IMG/VR virus record: IMGVR_UViG_3300041809_000571
Coordinates: 179,841 to 243,840 of that record
Source: a virus
Direction: 5' to 3' (one strand)
DNA: 64,000 nucleotides
Each line of letters begins with the position of its first letter. Position 1 is the stretch's first letter. The translations under genes were made by a program, and so were the position numbers. The notes below the pieces were generated by a model, which did not search any database, had not been told where the DNA came from, and was given only the letters and a program-made list of their open reading frames with translations. Below, piece by piece: positions 37,650 to 47,283 of this stretch.

Positions 37650-40600
37650 CTAGGCAGGTTTCTTGAGGTAATGTTCGGGGATGTGGTCTATGGCTCGGTC
37701 GTGAAGGCACATCCGTATGCCATCATGAAGCACCCAGACGGACTTGTCCCCCTTACCCAGAGTGATGTCGATTTGCATAAGGGTAAGCTGGTCGGCCCCA
37801 GAAATATCGTACACGGTTACACCGGGAGGGGGTCCCTTGGTTTCCGGTACTTCGGGGGTGGAATCTACCACGGGAGGAGCTACAGTGGGTTCTGGCGGGG
37901 CTACAGGGAGGTTCTCCGCTGCGACGAACAGATTGAGGGTACCTTGGGTACCCCCAACCCCTTCTGACGCTTCCTGTGGTGAATTCCACGAAATCTCCAC
38001 TTTCAGGGGTTCGGGGACATAGCGTTTCACCGGAGCGTCTAAGGGCAGAGAACCGAGAGGTCCATATATCAAAGCTGCCGGGTTACGGTCAGCCGGTCCA
38101 AGGCCCATCCGAGTTTCGTACTGTTCCAAGGTCTCCAACTTCGCATCATCCTCGTCGGGCATATTGTCAATACGCCAGAATTCGTCAAGCTGAATGGCCG
38201 CTATGAGCGCCCGCTGGATTTCCTTGGGGTCGGTCTGGGGTACGACTTCTTTCTTCCCCTTCTTCTTGTTGAAGCACCACCAAGCCGCTTGGAAGGCCCG
38301 CTCGTGCAGGTTTTCCTTGAGGAAGGCTTTTGCCTTTTCGACCCGAGCTTCCACCTGAGAAGAGATAGCCTTTATCAGGTTCTTGATGGTCGCACTATCC
38401 CACTCTCCGGGGAGGTACCTGTCCATACCGGATACCCTTGTCCAAGCGGCGGGGATGTGGTCATCATCGCCGGTCACATGATGCTCAACGTCCCAACTGG
38501 GTCCATATTCCGCATCCGCTTCGATGGGCACCTGCCACTTCATAATCTGGTGCAGCTTGCGCAACTTCATCATGCGAGTGATGCGGGGGAGAACGAAAGG
38601 CACGTATTCATTCTTCACGGAAAAGTCGATTTCATCGTGAACCGAACAATGCAACATGAAGATGGTTGCAATAAGCGGGTCTGCTTCAACCCACTGGCGA
38701 ATCTTGTTGAGAGACATCCGCATGAAATCCCCGCAGAGTCCTTGAATGGGGGCATTGACGCTGACCCGCTGAATCTTGCCCATGAACTTGCTGTAGTCCA
38801 TGGCATTGCGAACACCAGTGTCGGGGTTCTTCCACATGGAATTGGCAAGGTTGAGATACTCTTTCCACCGGGGGTCATCAGCCTCCTTAAGCTCCTTCGA
38901 CTTTTTCATGTAATCCCGATACTGCCATAGGTTCTTCTTTTCCTCCTCGTTCGGGACATGAATGTGTAGCGCCTTCATGGCGGAGTCAAACTTGATGACT
39001 CGATTCGTAGTGGTGGTGCAGATGAGTTGGTCTCGGGCAATTGCTTGTTTGCGCTGGCAAAACTCGAAGAACACCGGCACACCCTTCCAGTAGTTTTCCA
39101 CCATTTCCTCACACCGTTGGAAAGTGATGTTGGGGTCCTGCTTCTTCATGTTCTCGTAAATGGTGTAGGCGGTGCCGCCGTAAAGCAGAGCGAAGTTGAT
39201 AATCTTCGCCAAGTCACGCAGGTGCTTAGCACGGTAGTTAGGACTCTTGGGGTCGGAGAATTCCGGGAAGACCTTGCTAGCAGTGAGGGAGTGGAAGTCA
39301 CCCTTGCCATGCAAAAACTCATTGATGAATTCCGGCTCACCCGAGCAGTTGGCGGCGGCACGCATTTCGATATTGCCGTAGTCAACGGTGAAGAATGTCC
39401 ATCCGGGCGGCGAGTAGAACAAGCAGCGGAGATTGACTCTCTGGTTGGCATCAATCTTACCATTCTCGATAAGGAAACCAAACTTGTCTTTGCAGGTCTG
39501 ACAGCCCGGCACCAGACAAACGGTATAACCCATGTACTGACCAATATGATTGTGGATAATACCGGGAGCCTGTTTACGAACCTTAATCTTTTTCTTTGAG
39601 AAAGAAGAAAGTGTAGGAAGGGGAGCAGTAAATTCTCCCTTTTTAAGTAGCTCCGGTTCTCTTGTATATATTTCTGGAACCCAATAAGCGGGCCTACCTA
39701 CATCTCCGGGGTCTTTCTTGAATTTCTTATTCTTCCCCTCATGGGCATAAACCCACCCTGTGATTTCAAAAACCCGAGGCCAGTCTTCCCCCTTATCAAT
39801 GACATTGGAGTTGACTACGAGACGAGAGTCCTCGTCCGAATCTTTTACCTTTAGTTCGCTCATTTTGTGACTACAGCGACCCTCACAAGGCGTGTCTCTG
39901 TAAACAAAATCAGGCTGTGTTCGATATGTACCGTTGGTAAAATCATACCTGATTTCTAACCATTTGGTTGGGACATATTCCCCGCAAACACCGATATAGT
40001 GAGAAAGTAGGGAGTCCCTGCCAAGATAATTCTTACGCTTCTCCTTCAAGGCCGTATCCAACCGTTGCTGAGCATAATCCTTCATGAGGGCGACCTCTTC
40101 ATCAGTCAAGGTCAGCCTTGGTCTGTCTCTCTCAGGTATGTCATCAAAAATTGTCTCTTCCTCTTCAACCTCCCTGAAACACGATGGGTGAAGCTCTTCC
40201 TCGGTGTGGGGTTCTATCTGGTCTTCGGGAATCTCATCAGGAATGAGGACATTTCCCGTCACCTTCCACATCAAGTAACCTTCCACCTTTTTCACAGCTT
40301 GGCTGTTAAGACCGAACCCACCATCCTTGTAAAAGTCACCGCCAGCGGAGGACAGGCGTCCCCCGGCGACCACATTCTGTTTAAGGTATATGCGGGCAGT
40401 GCCATCACTCGGGTCATAGTGGAGGCTGGAAGGGTGTAGGGAGATGTAGCTCTTGTAGTCTGAGAATACTTCAAGGAACTCATCCTCCGGGTGCAGCTTG
40501 TGAAGGTCTTCCACCACCTCGGCATCACACGAGGCTTTCTTAACGCCACTCTTCCCGCCATCCGTCATCTTGAGAGGAGCATAGCCTTTGACATCAAAGA

Positions 40601-41810
40601 AAAGTATGCGCAGGTCGTCATTGGAATCGGGATTAAAACGGTCATCAGGTAACACCACGCCGTCATCAGTGGCATTCTCTTTGTACCCAGCCGCTATGGC
40701 AAGGTCATACAGTTTCTTCTGAAATTGAGCGAGAACCCGTTGGTGCCCTTTGACAGTGCGGGTATGACGGTCGGTGTCGATAAGGAACCGCTGCCGTTCA
40801 ATCCAAGTGATGGAGTCAACAAGCTCATGGTCGATGCGATGCACGGTCTTGCGGGTCCGGGCAAGGGGATGGAGCTTTTCCCATAGAAGCCAAGTACAAA
40901 TGGCATCAGAGGCGGCGTAATAAAGGGCGATGTCTACGGGTATCCAACTGAAAGGAACAAAGTGCTGCTTAAGCCCGTGCTTATTCTCTTTCTTCTGCTC
41001 CAAGGTGCAGGAGCAGAAAGGAGAGCCGTTGTGGGGACAAGTATCCGCCTTAACCTTGGCGATTTCCTCAAGCTCGATTTGCTCAATACCCAGCAGGTTG
41101 CTGGACAACGCCTTCAAGCCGCCGCTATCCCCCGTATAGAACTGCTTGTCTTCCATGTCAGCTTTGGGGTCATCAATGTATTGCAAAACCTGCACATCTT
41201 CAAAGTGAGGATAAGGACGGAAGACAATGCCCATGGTGAGGCGCATGACTTCCCGGTCGAATTTCCCATTGTAAAAAACAAGGTGTACCTGATTGAAGAA
41301 CGGTTGGAGAATTTCAGCACATATTCTGCGGTCTATGTTGCGGGCCGGGGTGGTGAGAGCAAGGTCCTGAAACTCATGGGTGATGGGGATGTATATGCCC
41401 TTGACACCATCGGCAGAGAGACAGATGCCGGAAATATCGGTCTTGATTTCATACTCTTGGTGGTAGGAGCCATCAGGCAGCTTCACCATCCTGATAAAGA
41501 GCCGGGTGTCAAGGCTCACGTCTTCCGTATCCAATGCTACAACCGGTTCGGTGAACCCGTAAAACTCAAAACGGGGAGCATTGGTGAGAACCTCGTCAAC
41601 CCACTTCTGTAGGGCTTCGGGCGTATCGACAATCTCGAACGCCTTCTTACTCATCCAATCTTTTTTGACTTTGGCTACACCACCGCCAGCGGAAAGCTCG
41701 GCGAGAATCTCCCGGAACATGGTGCGAATGTCCCGGAGCTTGACGACTTTCTTCTTCTTAACCTTCTTCAAATCGTCGGTGGTGACTTTTTCTTTCTTAA
41801 CCTTTGCCAT
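37650..41810 (-). CDS. Family A DNA polymerase with 3'-5' exonuclease, large internal insertions and a ~350-aa C-terminal extension (1386 aa)
   Basis: Exo I 'VVALDTEDV', Exo II 'YNGKFDREVM', Exo III 'YYAASDAICTWLL'. Pol motif A 'DYGNIEMR', motif B 'RDLAKIINFALLYGG', motif C 'HCSVHDEIDF'. Confidence 0.8.
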   Translation of the reverse strand: MAKVKKEKVTTDDLKKVKKKKVVKLRDIRTMFREILAELSAGGGVAKVKKDWMSKKAFEIVDTPEALQKWVDEVLTNAPRFEFYGFTEPVVALDTEDVSLDTRLFIRMVKLPDGSYHQEYEIKTDISGICLSADGVKGIYIPITHEFQDLALTTPARNIDRRICAEILQPFFNQVHLVFYNGKFDREVMRLTMGIVFRPYPHFEDVQVLQYIDDPKADMEDKQFYTGDSGGLKALSSNLLGIEQIELEEIAKVKADTCPHNGSPFCSCTLEQKKENKHGLKQHFVPFSWIPVDIALYYAASDAICTWLLWEKLHPLARTRKTVHRIDHELVDSITWIERQRFLIDTDRHTRTVKGHQRVLAQFQKKLYDLAIAAGYKENATDDGVVLPDDRFNPDSNDDLRILFFDVKGYAPLKMTDGGKSGVKKASCDAEVVEDLHKLHPEDEFLEVFSDYKSYISLHPSSLHYDPSDGTARIYLKQNVVAGGRLSSAGGDFYKDGGFGLNSQAVKKVEGYLMWKVTGNVLIPDEIPEDQIEPHTEEELHPSCFREVEEEETIFDDIPERDRPRLTLTDEEVALMKDYAQQRLDTALKEKRKNYLGRDSLLSHYIGVCGEYVPTKWLEIRYDFTNGTYRTQPDFVYRDTPCEGRCSHKMSELKVKDSDEDSRLVVNSNVIDKGEDWPRVFEITGWVYAHEGKNKKFKKDPGDVGRPAYWVPEIYTREPELLKKGEFTAPLPTLSSFSKKKIKVRKQAPGIIHNHIGQYMGYTVCLVPGCQTCKDKFGFLIENGKIDANQRVNLRCLFYSPPGWTFFTVDYGNIEMRAAANCSGEPEFINEFLHGKGDFHSLTASKVFPEFSDPKSPNYRAKHLRDLAKIINFALLYGGTAYTIYENMKKQDPNITFQRCEEMVENYWKGVPVFFEFCQRKQAIARDQLICTTTTNRVIKFDSAMKALHIHVPNEEEKKNLWQYRDYMKKSKELKEADDPRWKEYLNLANSMWKNPDTGVRNAMDYSKFMGKIQRVSVNAPIQGLCGDFMRMSLNKIRQWVEADPLIATIFMLHCSVHDEIDFSVKNEYVPFVLPRITRMMKLRKLHQIMKWQVPIEADAEYGPSWDVEHHVTGDDDHIPAAWTRVSGMDRYLPGEWDSATIKNLIKAISSQVEARVEKAKAFLKENLHERAFQAAWWCFNKKKGKKEVVPQTDPKEIQRALIAAIQLDEFWRIDNMPDEDDAKLETLEQYETRMGLGPADRNPAALIYGPLGSLPLDAPVKRYVPEPLKVEISWNSPQEASEGVGGTQGTLNLFVAAENLPVAPPEPTVAPPVVDSTPEVPETKGPPPGVTVYDISGADQLTLMQIDITLGKGDKSVWVLHDGIRMCLHDRAIDHIPEHYLKKPA

Positions 41811-41827
41811 GCTCTATATAGTACTCC

Positions 41828-42508
41828 TTAAATTACCTTTCCATCAGCGATTGCCGCCAACTCTTCTTTGCCCAGCACTTCGGCAAGCCCTACCGTGGCT
41901 TGCAAGTGCAACTCCTGTGGGTCTACCTCATCGCTCCTCTCCGCATCCTTGGCGCTCTTTTCCAGCGTCAACCCAGTGAAGTAGATGCGGATGTAATCTT
42001 CGGCAAGCTCTGCATCCTTGGTTTCCTGAACATCTCGTTGTGCCTTCAAAATAAAGTGCTCCGCAAGGTCCCAGAAGCTTAAAACACCGCCCTCTTCTTC
42101 CTCGTCGTCAACCAAAACATTAGGCATGGAGGGAAGGTTGAAGGTTTTTTCCAGCCAGTAAAGAGCCTGCACCCGGCTGAGTTCCATATACTTGGATACA
42201 AAGGTTACATTGTCATACAACATGCTGCCGGGCGGACATCCAAAGCAATAAGCGTCATTGGTGCGGGAATAGAGGGTAAAAGACGGCGTGCGGTCACGAC
42301 CATGAAAGGGGCAGCGGATGACCGTATCACGATGACCGGTAAGCTCCGCTACGACATCCTGAAACAGGATTTCGTTGTTGGCTCGTTCCCACCGGTCAGG
42401 ATTGATGCCCCCATACGAGCTATGATAGAAGTTTTGAACGGCATCCCGCTCAAGACTAACCTCCTGCCCGACAAGCTCTTCGATTGCCGGAAGCTGTTCA
42501 TTTTCCAT
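41828..42508 (-). CDS. Primase zinc-binding domain protein (CHC2-type), stand-alone
   Basis: 'CPFHGRDRTPSFTLY...DAYCFGCPPGS' matches the DnaG zinc-binding domain consensus CPFH.E.TPSF...CFGCG.GG. Confidence 0.65.
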   Translation of the reverse strand: MENEQLPAIEELVGQEVSLERDAVQNFYHSSYGGINPDRWERANNEILFQDVVAELTGHRDTVIRCPFHGRDRTPSFTLYSRTNDAYCFGCPPGSMLYDNVTFVSKYMELSRVQALYWLEKTFNLPSMPNVLVDDEEEEGGVLSFWDLAEHFILKAQRDVQETKDAELAEDYIRIYFTGLTLEKSAKDAERSDEVDPQELHLQATVGLAEVLGKEELAAIADGKVI

Positions 42509-42804
42509 TACTGTGCCTGTTGAAATTGTTCGTAGTCTTTGAGCAAAGACTCACCGTTCTCAAGGGAGGCCATGAGGCTACTCAGGTTCTTTTCCAACTC
42601 CAACTGGGTATCCTCGGCGAGCTTCTTAAGCTCCTCCACCGACAGGCGCTCGGGGTTGCTGATGTTAAGTGCCCGGAGGTTATCATGGACCTGCTTGAGC
42701 TTCTGCTCCTCAACCCCCACTTCCCGGTTAAGCTGGTCTCGTTTGCCTGCCAAGGTTTTCACTCTTGCTTGAGCAGTGCGCAACTGTTCTTGGATGTCGG
42801 GCAT
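42508..42804 (-). CDS. hypothetical coiled-coil protein (98 aa)
   Basis: ORF; CAGTATTATAGTGAGGAGGATTAC-ATG upstream. Confidence 0.5.
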   Translation of the reverse strand: MPDIQEQLRTAQARVKTLAGKRDQLNREVGVEEQKLKQVHDNLRALNISNPERLSVEELKKLAEDTQLELEKNLSSLMASLENGESLLKDYEQFQQAQ

Positions 42805-42835
42805 GTAATCCTCCTCACTATAATACTGATTCCGG
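42805..42835 (-). promoter_or_regulatory. Promoter-like motif family B: CAGTATTATA(G) followed by an SD, or directly by ATG (leaderless-like)
   Basis: The plus-strand 'ATAATACTG' or a close variant recurs upstream of minus-strand starts at 21520-21546, 24500-24530, 27275-27300, 29211-29240, 34347-34378, 48885-48925, 49701-49727, 52562-52592, 58431-58447 and 19874-19905. Confidence 0.45.
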
Positions 42836-42843
42836 CTGGCCCC

Positions 42844-43440
42844 TTAAGGTCTAATCCACTCAAATTTGAGTATATTCAACAGTCGAATTTGATGGGGGGT
42901 GGGGTCAATATCATCTTCGCATAAAAAGGTCCCCCAGCATGTACCATCGCATAACCTCCAAAGGTCTTGGCGAGAACCCCGATGAAACATCAGAGCCAGC
43001 CTAAAGGAGATGTGACGTGAAGCATCCTCCTTACGATAACTGAAATCTGCAAGAAAATACTTCCCTTTTGGGACATCCTCCGTAAGGACAGTGTATGCAT
43101 TCAAACCATCAAGAGAGAAACTAAACTGAAAGAGCGCCGGGGAGTCCTTCCGTCTGTCAAATATGGAAACTGTGTTGTGTTTGAAGCAAGGGTGACCGTT
43201 GTGCATCACCCACGGATTGTCGCTCCGCTTCTCATCTCTAATTTCCACATCTCCCGTCACCCACTTACCTTCGGGATGACGTGGTCCTAGATAAACCTGA
43301 ACATCACCAAGTCCAACTTCACGGAGTTTTTTTGCCCAGATTCCCCGTTGGGACAGGAATTCAATTAAGGCAGATTTTCCGGGGTTATCATATGCATCAT
43401 AATCCTTATCCCGGAAATCAGCGCCCTCAAGTTTTCCCAT
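42844..43440 (-). CDS. hypothetical protein (start refined to MGKLEG, abutting the upstream stop)
   Basis: ORF. Confidence 0.4.
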   Translation of the reverse strand: MGKLEGADFRDKDYDAYDNPGKSALIEFLSQRGIWAKKLREVGLGDVQVYLGPRHPEGKWVTGDVEIRDEKRSDNPWVMHNGHPCFKHNTVSIFDRRKDSPALFQFSFSLDGLNAYTVLTEDVPKGKYFLADFSYRKEDASRHISFRLALMFHRGSRQDLWRLCDGTCWGTFLCEDDIDPTPHQIRLLNILKFEWIRP

Positions 43441-43442
43441 AT

Positions 43443-44681
43443 CTACCTCGATTCCGGTTGACAAGACGGGCAGCGTAGCTCCGTGCCACAGTCCGGGCAT
43501 TTCGGTTTGGATTCCTTGGACAGAAGCAACGTCAAAGAGTTAACCTTGGCGTTAGCGGCATCCAGTTCCTCTTCCGTAAACTTAAGCTCACTCTTCTTGC
43601 TGGGGAGCTTCAATGCCTCTGCCAACGAGTTGATGTTCTTAAGCGCCGAGAGGTAGTGAGCAATGACTCCGAGTAGGAAGTTGGCTTCTTGTAGAACACC
43701 CTCCAACTTCTCCCCACACTCCTTGGGGCTTGCTCCCTTTCTTTCGACAATTTCCAACAGGGATAGAACCGCCTGCTTGCGTTTGTACCCCTTAGCCACG
43801 AGGTCCCACTGGGCTATAGTATTGTCAATGCCATGTACCACCTGTCCCGTGACTTCCCGGCGACGGAGGATTTTTACCGCCTCGGCATACATCCGGGCGA
43901 GGCGCTCTTGCTTCTCAATGGGGGATACATCCGGCACAGACAGCTTAAGGACGAAGGACCGCATCTTCGCTATCCGATTCATCCTTGTAAGCGTCTCAAT
44001 CAGTGAGGTCAGCAAGGACTCATAGCTGTTGACCTTTGCCTCATAACCAGACACGGTGTGGGCGGAGTCCTGTGCCGAGGCATTAAACCTCTCAAGTTTA
44101 CCCCGGCGTTCCTCTGCCTCACGGATTTCTTCGGCGAGCGTTCGGGCTTCCCCGTTCTTTTCGGTAATGCGCCGGTTGGCTTCCTTCTTCCCTGCATCCA
44201 ATTTTTCGGTGGAGGCAAAGGCCCCAAGGATGGCATTCAGGTCGTTGGGCTTCCATGCGTCAGGGTCAATGAGAAATTGTGCCTTGTTTTGTTGGGAAAA
44301 GATGGGGTCGATGGTTGTGTCCCCCACTTTGACGGTGCCATACTTGAGCACCTTCATGGGTTCGGGGACACTATCGCCGAGGGCCTTATACTCTATCGGC
44401 TTACCCTTTTCATCTTCACCAATGGCGTACTTGGTGGAACCCTTGCGGGTCCGGGTAGCCTTGATGGGGTCGTTGACACCTTCAACCTCAAGAGTAACTT
44501 CCATCTTCTCGTCTTGTCCATTGCGGACAAAGTCCTGCGGCAGTTCGTTGCGGAACACGCCCCGCAGAGCACGGAAGATGGAGGACTTCCCCTTATTGGA
44601 CGGACCGACGATTAAAGTCAGCCCGTCTATGAGGAGGGAGAAATCCTTCCACGGCTGGAAGTTTTTCCCGGCTAGTTTCAT
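43443..44681 (-). CDS. SMC/Rad50/RecN-type ATPase N-terminal lobe + coiled coil + C-terminal CxxC..CxxC (zinc-hook-like); lacks a signature motif and Walker B
   Basis: 'FSLLIDGLTLIVGPSNKGKSSIF' (Walker A), long coiled coil, 'KCPDCGTELRCPSCQ' at the C-terminus. Confidence 0.5.
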   Translation of the reverse strand: MKLAGKNFQPWKDFSLLIDGLTLIVGPSNKGKSSIFRALRGVFRNELPQDFVRNGQDEKMEVTLEVEGVNDPIKATRTRKGSTKYAIGEDEKGKPIEYKALGDSVPEPMKVLKYGTVKVGDTTIDPIFSQQNKAQFLIDPDAWKPNDLNAILGAFASTEKLDAGKKEANRRITEKNGEARTLAEEIREAEERRGKLERFNASAQDSAHTVSGYEAKVNSYESLLTSLIETLTRMNRIAKMRSFVLKLSVPDVSPIEKQERLARMYAEAVKILRRREVTGQVVHGIDNTIAQWDLVAKGYKRKQAVLSLLEIVERKGASPKECGEKLEGVLQEANFLLGVIAHYLSALKNINSLAEALKLPSKKSELKFTEEELDAANAKVNSLTLLLSKESKPKCPDCGTELRCPSCQPESR

Positions 44682-44688
44682 AGGAACC

Positions 44689-46029
44689 TTACTTGAGTTC
44701 GTCTATCTCTGTTACTGCGTTTTCGGGAGATTCTGCACCGGGTAACTCACCAAAATCTTCCTCATCGGTAAAGTTCCCGGCTGGCTCTTCAAGGAATGCC
44801 TTCTCGGCTTCACTGAGGCCCTCCCCCTTGAACCGTTCGGTTTCGTCATGCTCCACGGCTTCCAGAACCATGCCCTTGAGCTTCCCGAGAACCTCCGGGT
44901 TCTGTTTGATAACGAGGTCTTCAATAAGCTCTGTCTTGCTGGCGTAGGTGGTGATGGCGTCATCGGCAGACTTACCGACGAACCACTTCTTCTTGTCGTA
45001 TTCAATGAAGCCGTACCCGCAGGCAAGCTCCCGGATGCTCATGTTCTCATCAAGGCCGAAGTTGGGGCGGACGTAGATGAATGCTTCCCGGTAGCCGCCG
45101 CCCGTCACCTTATTCTTGAGGGAGCGAACCCGGACCTTATTGGCGGTCGGATAGTTCTTGAGTACTTCGCCCATGGGTTGGATGAGAAGCCACTGTTCTT
45201 TCTTGTCCGGCATCTTATCCCAACTCCACGGCTTGATTTCCGTTTCCAGAATTTCTTCCAGCATCACGCTGGGAGCGAACCTCGCCATATACCCGCCCGG
45301 CAGGCTGTATTCCCGGTTGGTGTAGCTCCAATGTGAAGCATTCTCTGCATCGTCGTCCATACGGGCACGGGTCTGATTGATGATGGTCAGGTGAGCATCC
45401 TGCTCCATAAGGTGAGGAGTGAGGAATTTGTAGAACGTGGTGATGCCCTTGGCGTGGCTTCCGTAGTTGGCCTTGAACGCCTTGCCGCTTTCGATGTCCT
45501 TAAGCTCCACCTTCATCTGCATGAATGGAATGGAGTCGTCCACGAAGTAGCGGATGCCATACTTGGTGAGAAGCTGAATATGCCGCTTGATGGATTCCTG
45601 CAAGTTGGACGGCTGCTCGAAGAAACAGAGGTCCGGGTCAACGCCGAGGGCGTAAGCGTACTGAGCGCTAATGGCCGGTTCGTACTCGAAAATAGCGATA
45701 GGTTCACCGGTTGCCTGCTGGTAATTGGCGGCGTTTACAAAGGCAGTGGTGGTCTTACCAGCGCCTTCATTGCCGTGTATCTGTGTAACACGCCCGCCTC
45801 GGGCGATGCCGCCGAGCCGCAAAACTTTGTCGAAAATGAAGTGACCGTAAGGAACAAGGACTTCCTGAAAGTCTTTGCCATAGATGCGGTGGTCGGACTT
45901 GGTCTCCTTGCGTAAGTAAGCAAGGGCGTTACGCCGCTGTTCCACCGTCCACGTCCGGGGACTGCCAGTCGGCATTTCAAAATTAAGTTCCTTTTCCTTC
46001 TTTGCCTTCTTTGCGGCTGCCTTTGCCAT
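44689..46029 (-). CDS. RecA/UvsX/RadA-like recombinase ATPase (446 aa)
   Basis: 'RVTQIHGNEGAGKTTTA' (Walker A), 'AYALGVDPDLCFFEQPSNLQESI', 'FVDDSIPFM' (Walker B). Confidence 0.65.
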   Translation of the reverse strand: MAKAAAKKAKKEKELNFEMPTGSPRTWTVEQRRNALAYLRKETKSDHRIYGKDFQEVLVPYGHFIFDKVLRLGGIARGGRVTQIHGNEGAGKTTTAFVNAANYQQATGEPIAIFEYEPAISAQYAYALGVDPDLCFFEQPSNLQESIKRHIQLLTKYGIRYFVDDSIPFMQMKVELKDIESGKAFKANYGSHAKGITTFYKFLTPHLMEQDAHLTIINQTRARMDDDAENASHWSYTNREYSLPGGYMARFAPSVMLEEILETEIKPWSWDKMPDKKEQWLLIQPMGEVLKNYPTANKVRVRSLKNKVTGGGYREAFIYVRPNFGLDENMSIRELACGYGFIEYDKKKWFVGKSADDAITTYASKTELIEDLVIKQNPEVLGKLKGMVLEAVEHDETERFKGEGLSEAEKAFLEEPAGNFTDEEDFGELPGAESPENAVTEIDELK

Positions 46030-46039
46030 TATTCCTCCG

Positions 46040-47005
46040 TCAGATTAGATATTCTTTGTGGTCCAGCCTCGTCTTGTCGGACGAAGCATCACGAATAGCG
46101 AACAAGTAGTTCTTTGCGGCGTACTCATAGAAATACTCAGGACGATGCAAAACTCCTGCCGTTACGAAATGTTGATTGCGTCCTTTGCCCTTGGAGATTT
46201 GAGCGGAGTTGCAAAGGGACTGGAGCACTCTCTCCGGTATCTCACGGGGGCGACCGAGTAATATGCTGGATACATACCGCCCCATCATAGCCAAGAGAAC
46301 AGCGTCACAGGAATCGGGGTCCAGCGCCGGGAACCGGGTCTTGTCAATAAACTCATAAGCCTTGAGGATGTTCTCTTTCTTATTCGTGGTCCCCCGCTGC
46401 GACAGACCCATAAGGCTACGCAAAGTACTGGCGTTGATGGAAAGAACTTTCACCACAGCGAACTTTTTCCAGAGGTCCCCGTCAAACAAGACAAGGTGCA
46501 TGATGCGGTTCAGTGCCACGAGATAATCATTGGTCGGTGTGGGATGTTCCGTGGCGATGAGTAGGCCCATGGTGTGAAGGGGGGTGACACTTGGTTGCCC
46601 CTTGTTTATAGCAATGAAATCCTCGAACTTGATGGTCGTGGACGCCTCACTAAGACGCTCTCTGAGGAACAGGGAGATGCCCTTGCTGCGAATCCAAATG
46701 GGGTCCTTGGAGGAATCTGGCTTGACGCTTCCCACCTGCGTCCAGTCGGCGTAGGTGCTGAACATGCCCGCTGTGCGCCCGCACTCCTCACAGGGGTGGG
46801 ACACGTGGCTGAGACATCCGGGGTGTTTGCAAGGCTGACCTTTGTAGGGGTCCTCGGGCAGGATGATATGCATCATCGCATACCCGGTGCGGGAGAGGCT
46901 GGGGTCCAGCCCCATGACAAGCCAATGGTCCACGTCCGGCAGAGCGTCTGGGAACCGCAAGATGATTTCCTTGGGAGTCCTCACGACACCACCGGTTGCA
47001 CCCAA
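46040..47005 (-). CDS. RuvC-like Holliday-junction resolvase with a Zn-finger insertion (321 aa)
   Basis: 'WLVMGLDPSLSRTGYAMM' (RuvC motif I), 'LLIATEHP', 'SCDAVLLAMMGR'; inserted 'CKHPGCLSHVSHPCEEC'. Confidence 0.55.
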   Translation of the reverse strand: MGATGGVVRTPKEIILRFPDALPDVDHWLVMGLDPSLSRTGYAMMHIILPEDPYKGQPCKHPGCLSHVSHPCEECGRTAGMFSTYADWTQVGSVKPDSSKDPIWIRSKGISLFLRERLSEASTTIKFEDFIAINKGQPSVTPLHTMGLLIATEHPTPTNDYLVALNRIMHLVLFDGDLWKKFAVVKVLSINASTLRSLMGLSQRGTTNKKENILKAYEFIDKTRFPALDPDSCDAVLLAMMGRYVSSILLGRPREIPERVLQSLCNSAQISKGKGRNQHFVTAGVLHRPEYFYEYAAKNYLFAIRDASSDKTRLDHKEYLI

Positions 47006-47259
47006 TAACCAAGCGCCTTCTTACGAGTGGCATACTTGGAGGCTTCGAGATTGAGAACGGTTTCCGCCTTGGGCTTCAAATCCACCTTCTCGGCGAAGTT
47101 GATACCCTCGGGGTCGTCTCGATAATCCCACACCTTGATTTCTCCGGTCTGTGGGTTAACTTCGAGAGCCATGCCAAGCGGGTGGAAAAACTGCCGGTTG
47201 GCTTCCTGCAAATAGCCCTCGCTCACGAGGAGCTTGGGGTCCAGATATTTGATAGCCAT
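46981..47259 (-). CDS. hypothetical protein (92 aa)
   Basis: ORF. Confidence 0.45.
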   Translation of the reverse strand: MAIKYLDPKLLVSEGYLQEANRQFFHPLGMALEVNPQTGEIKVWDYRDDPEGINFAEKVDLKPKAETVLNLEASKYATRKKALGYWVQPVVS

Positions 47260-47283
47260 AGGTCCTTCCTTTAAGGTACTTAA

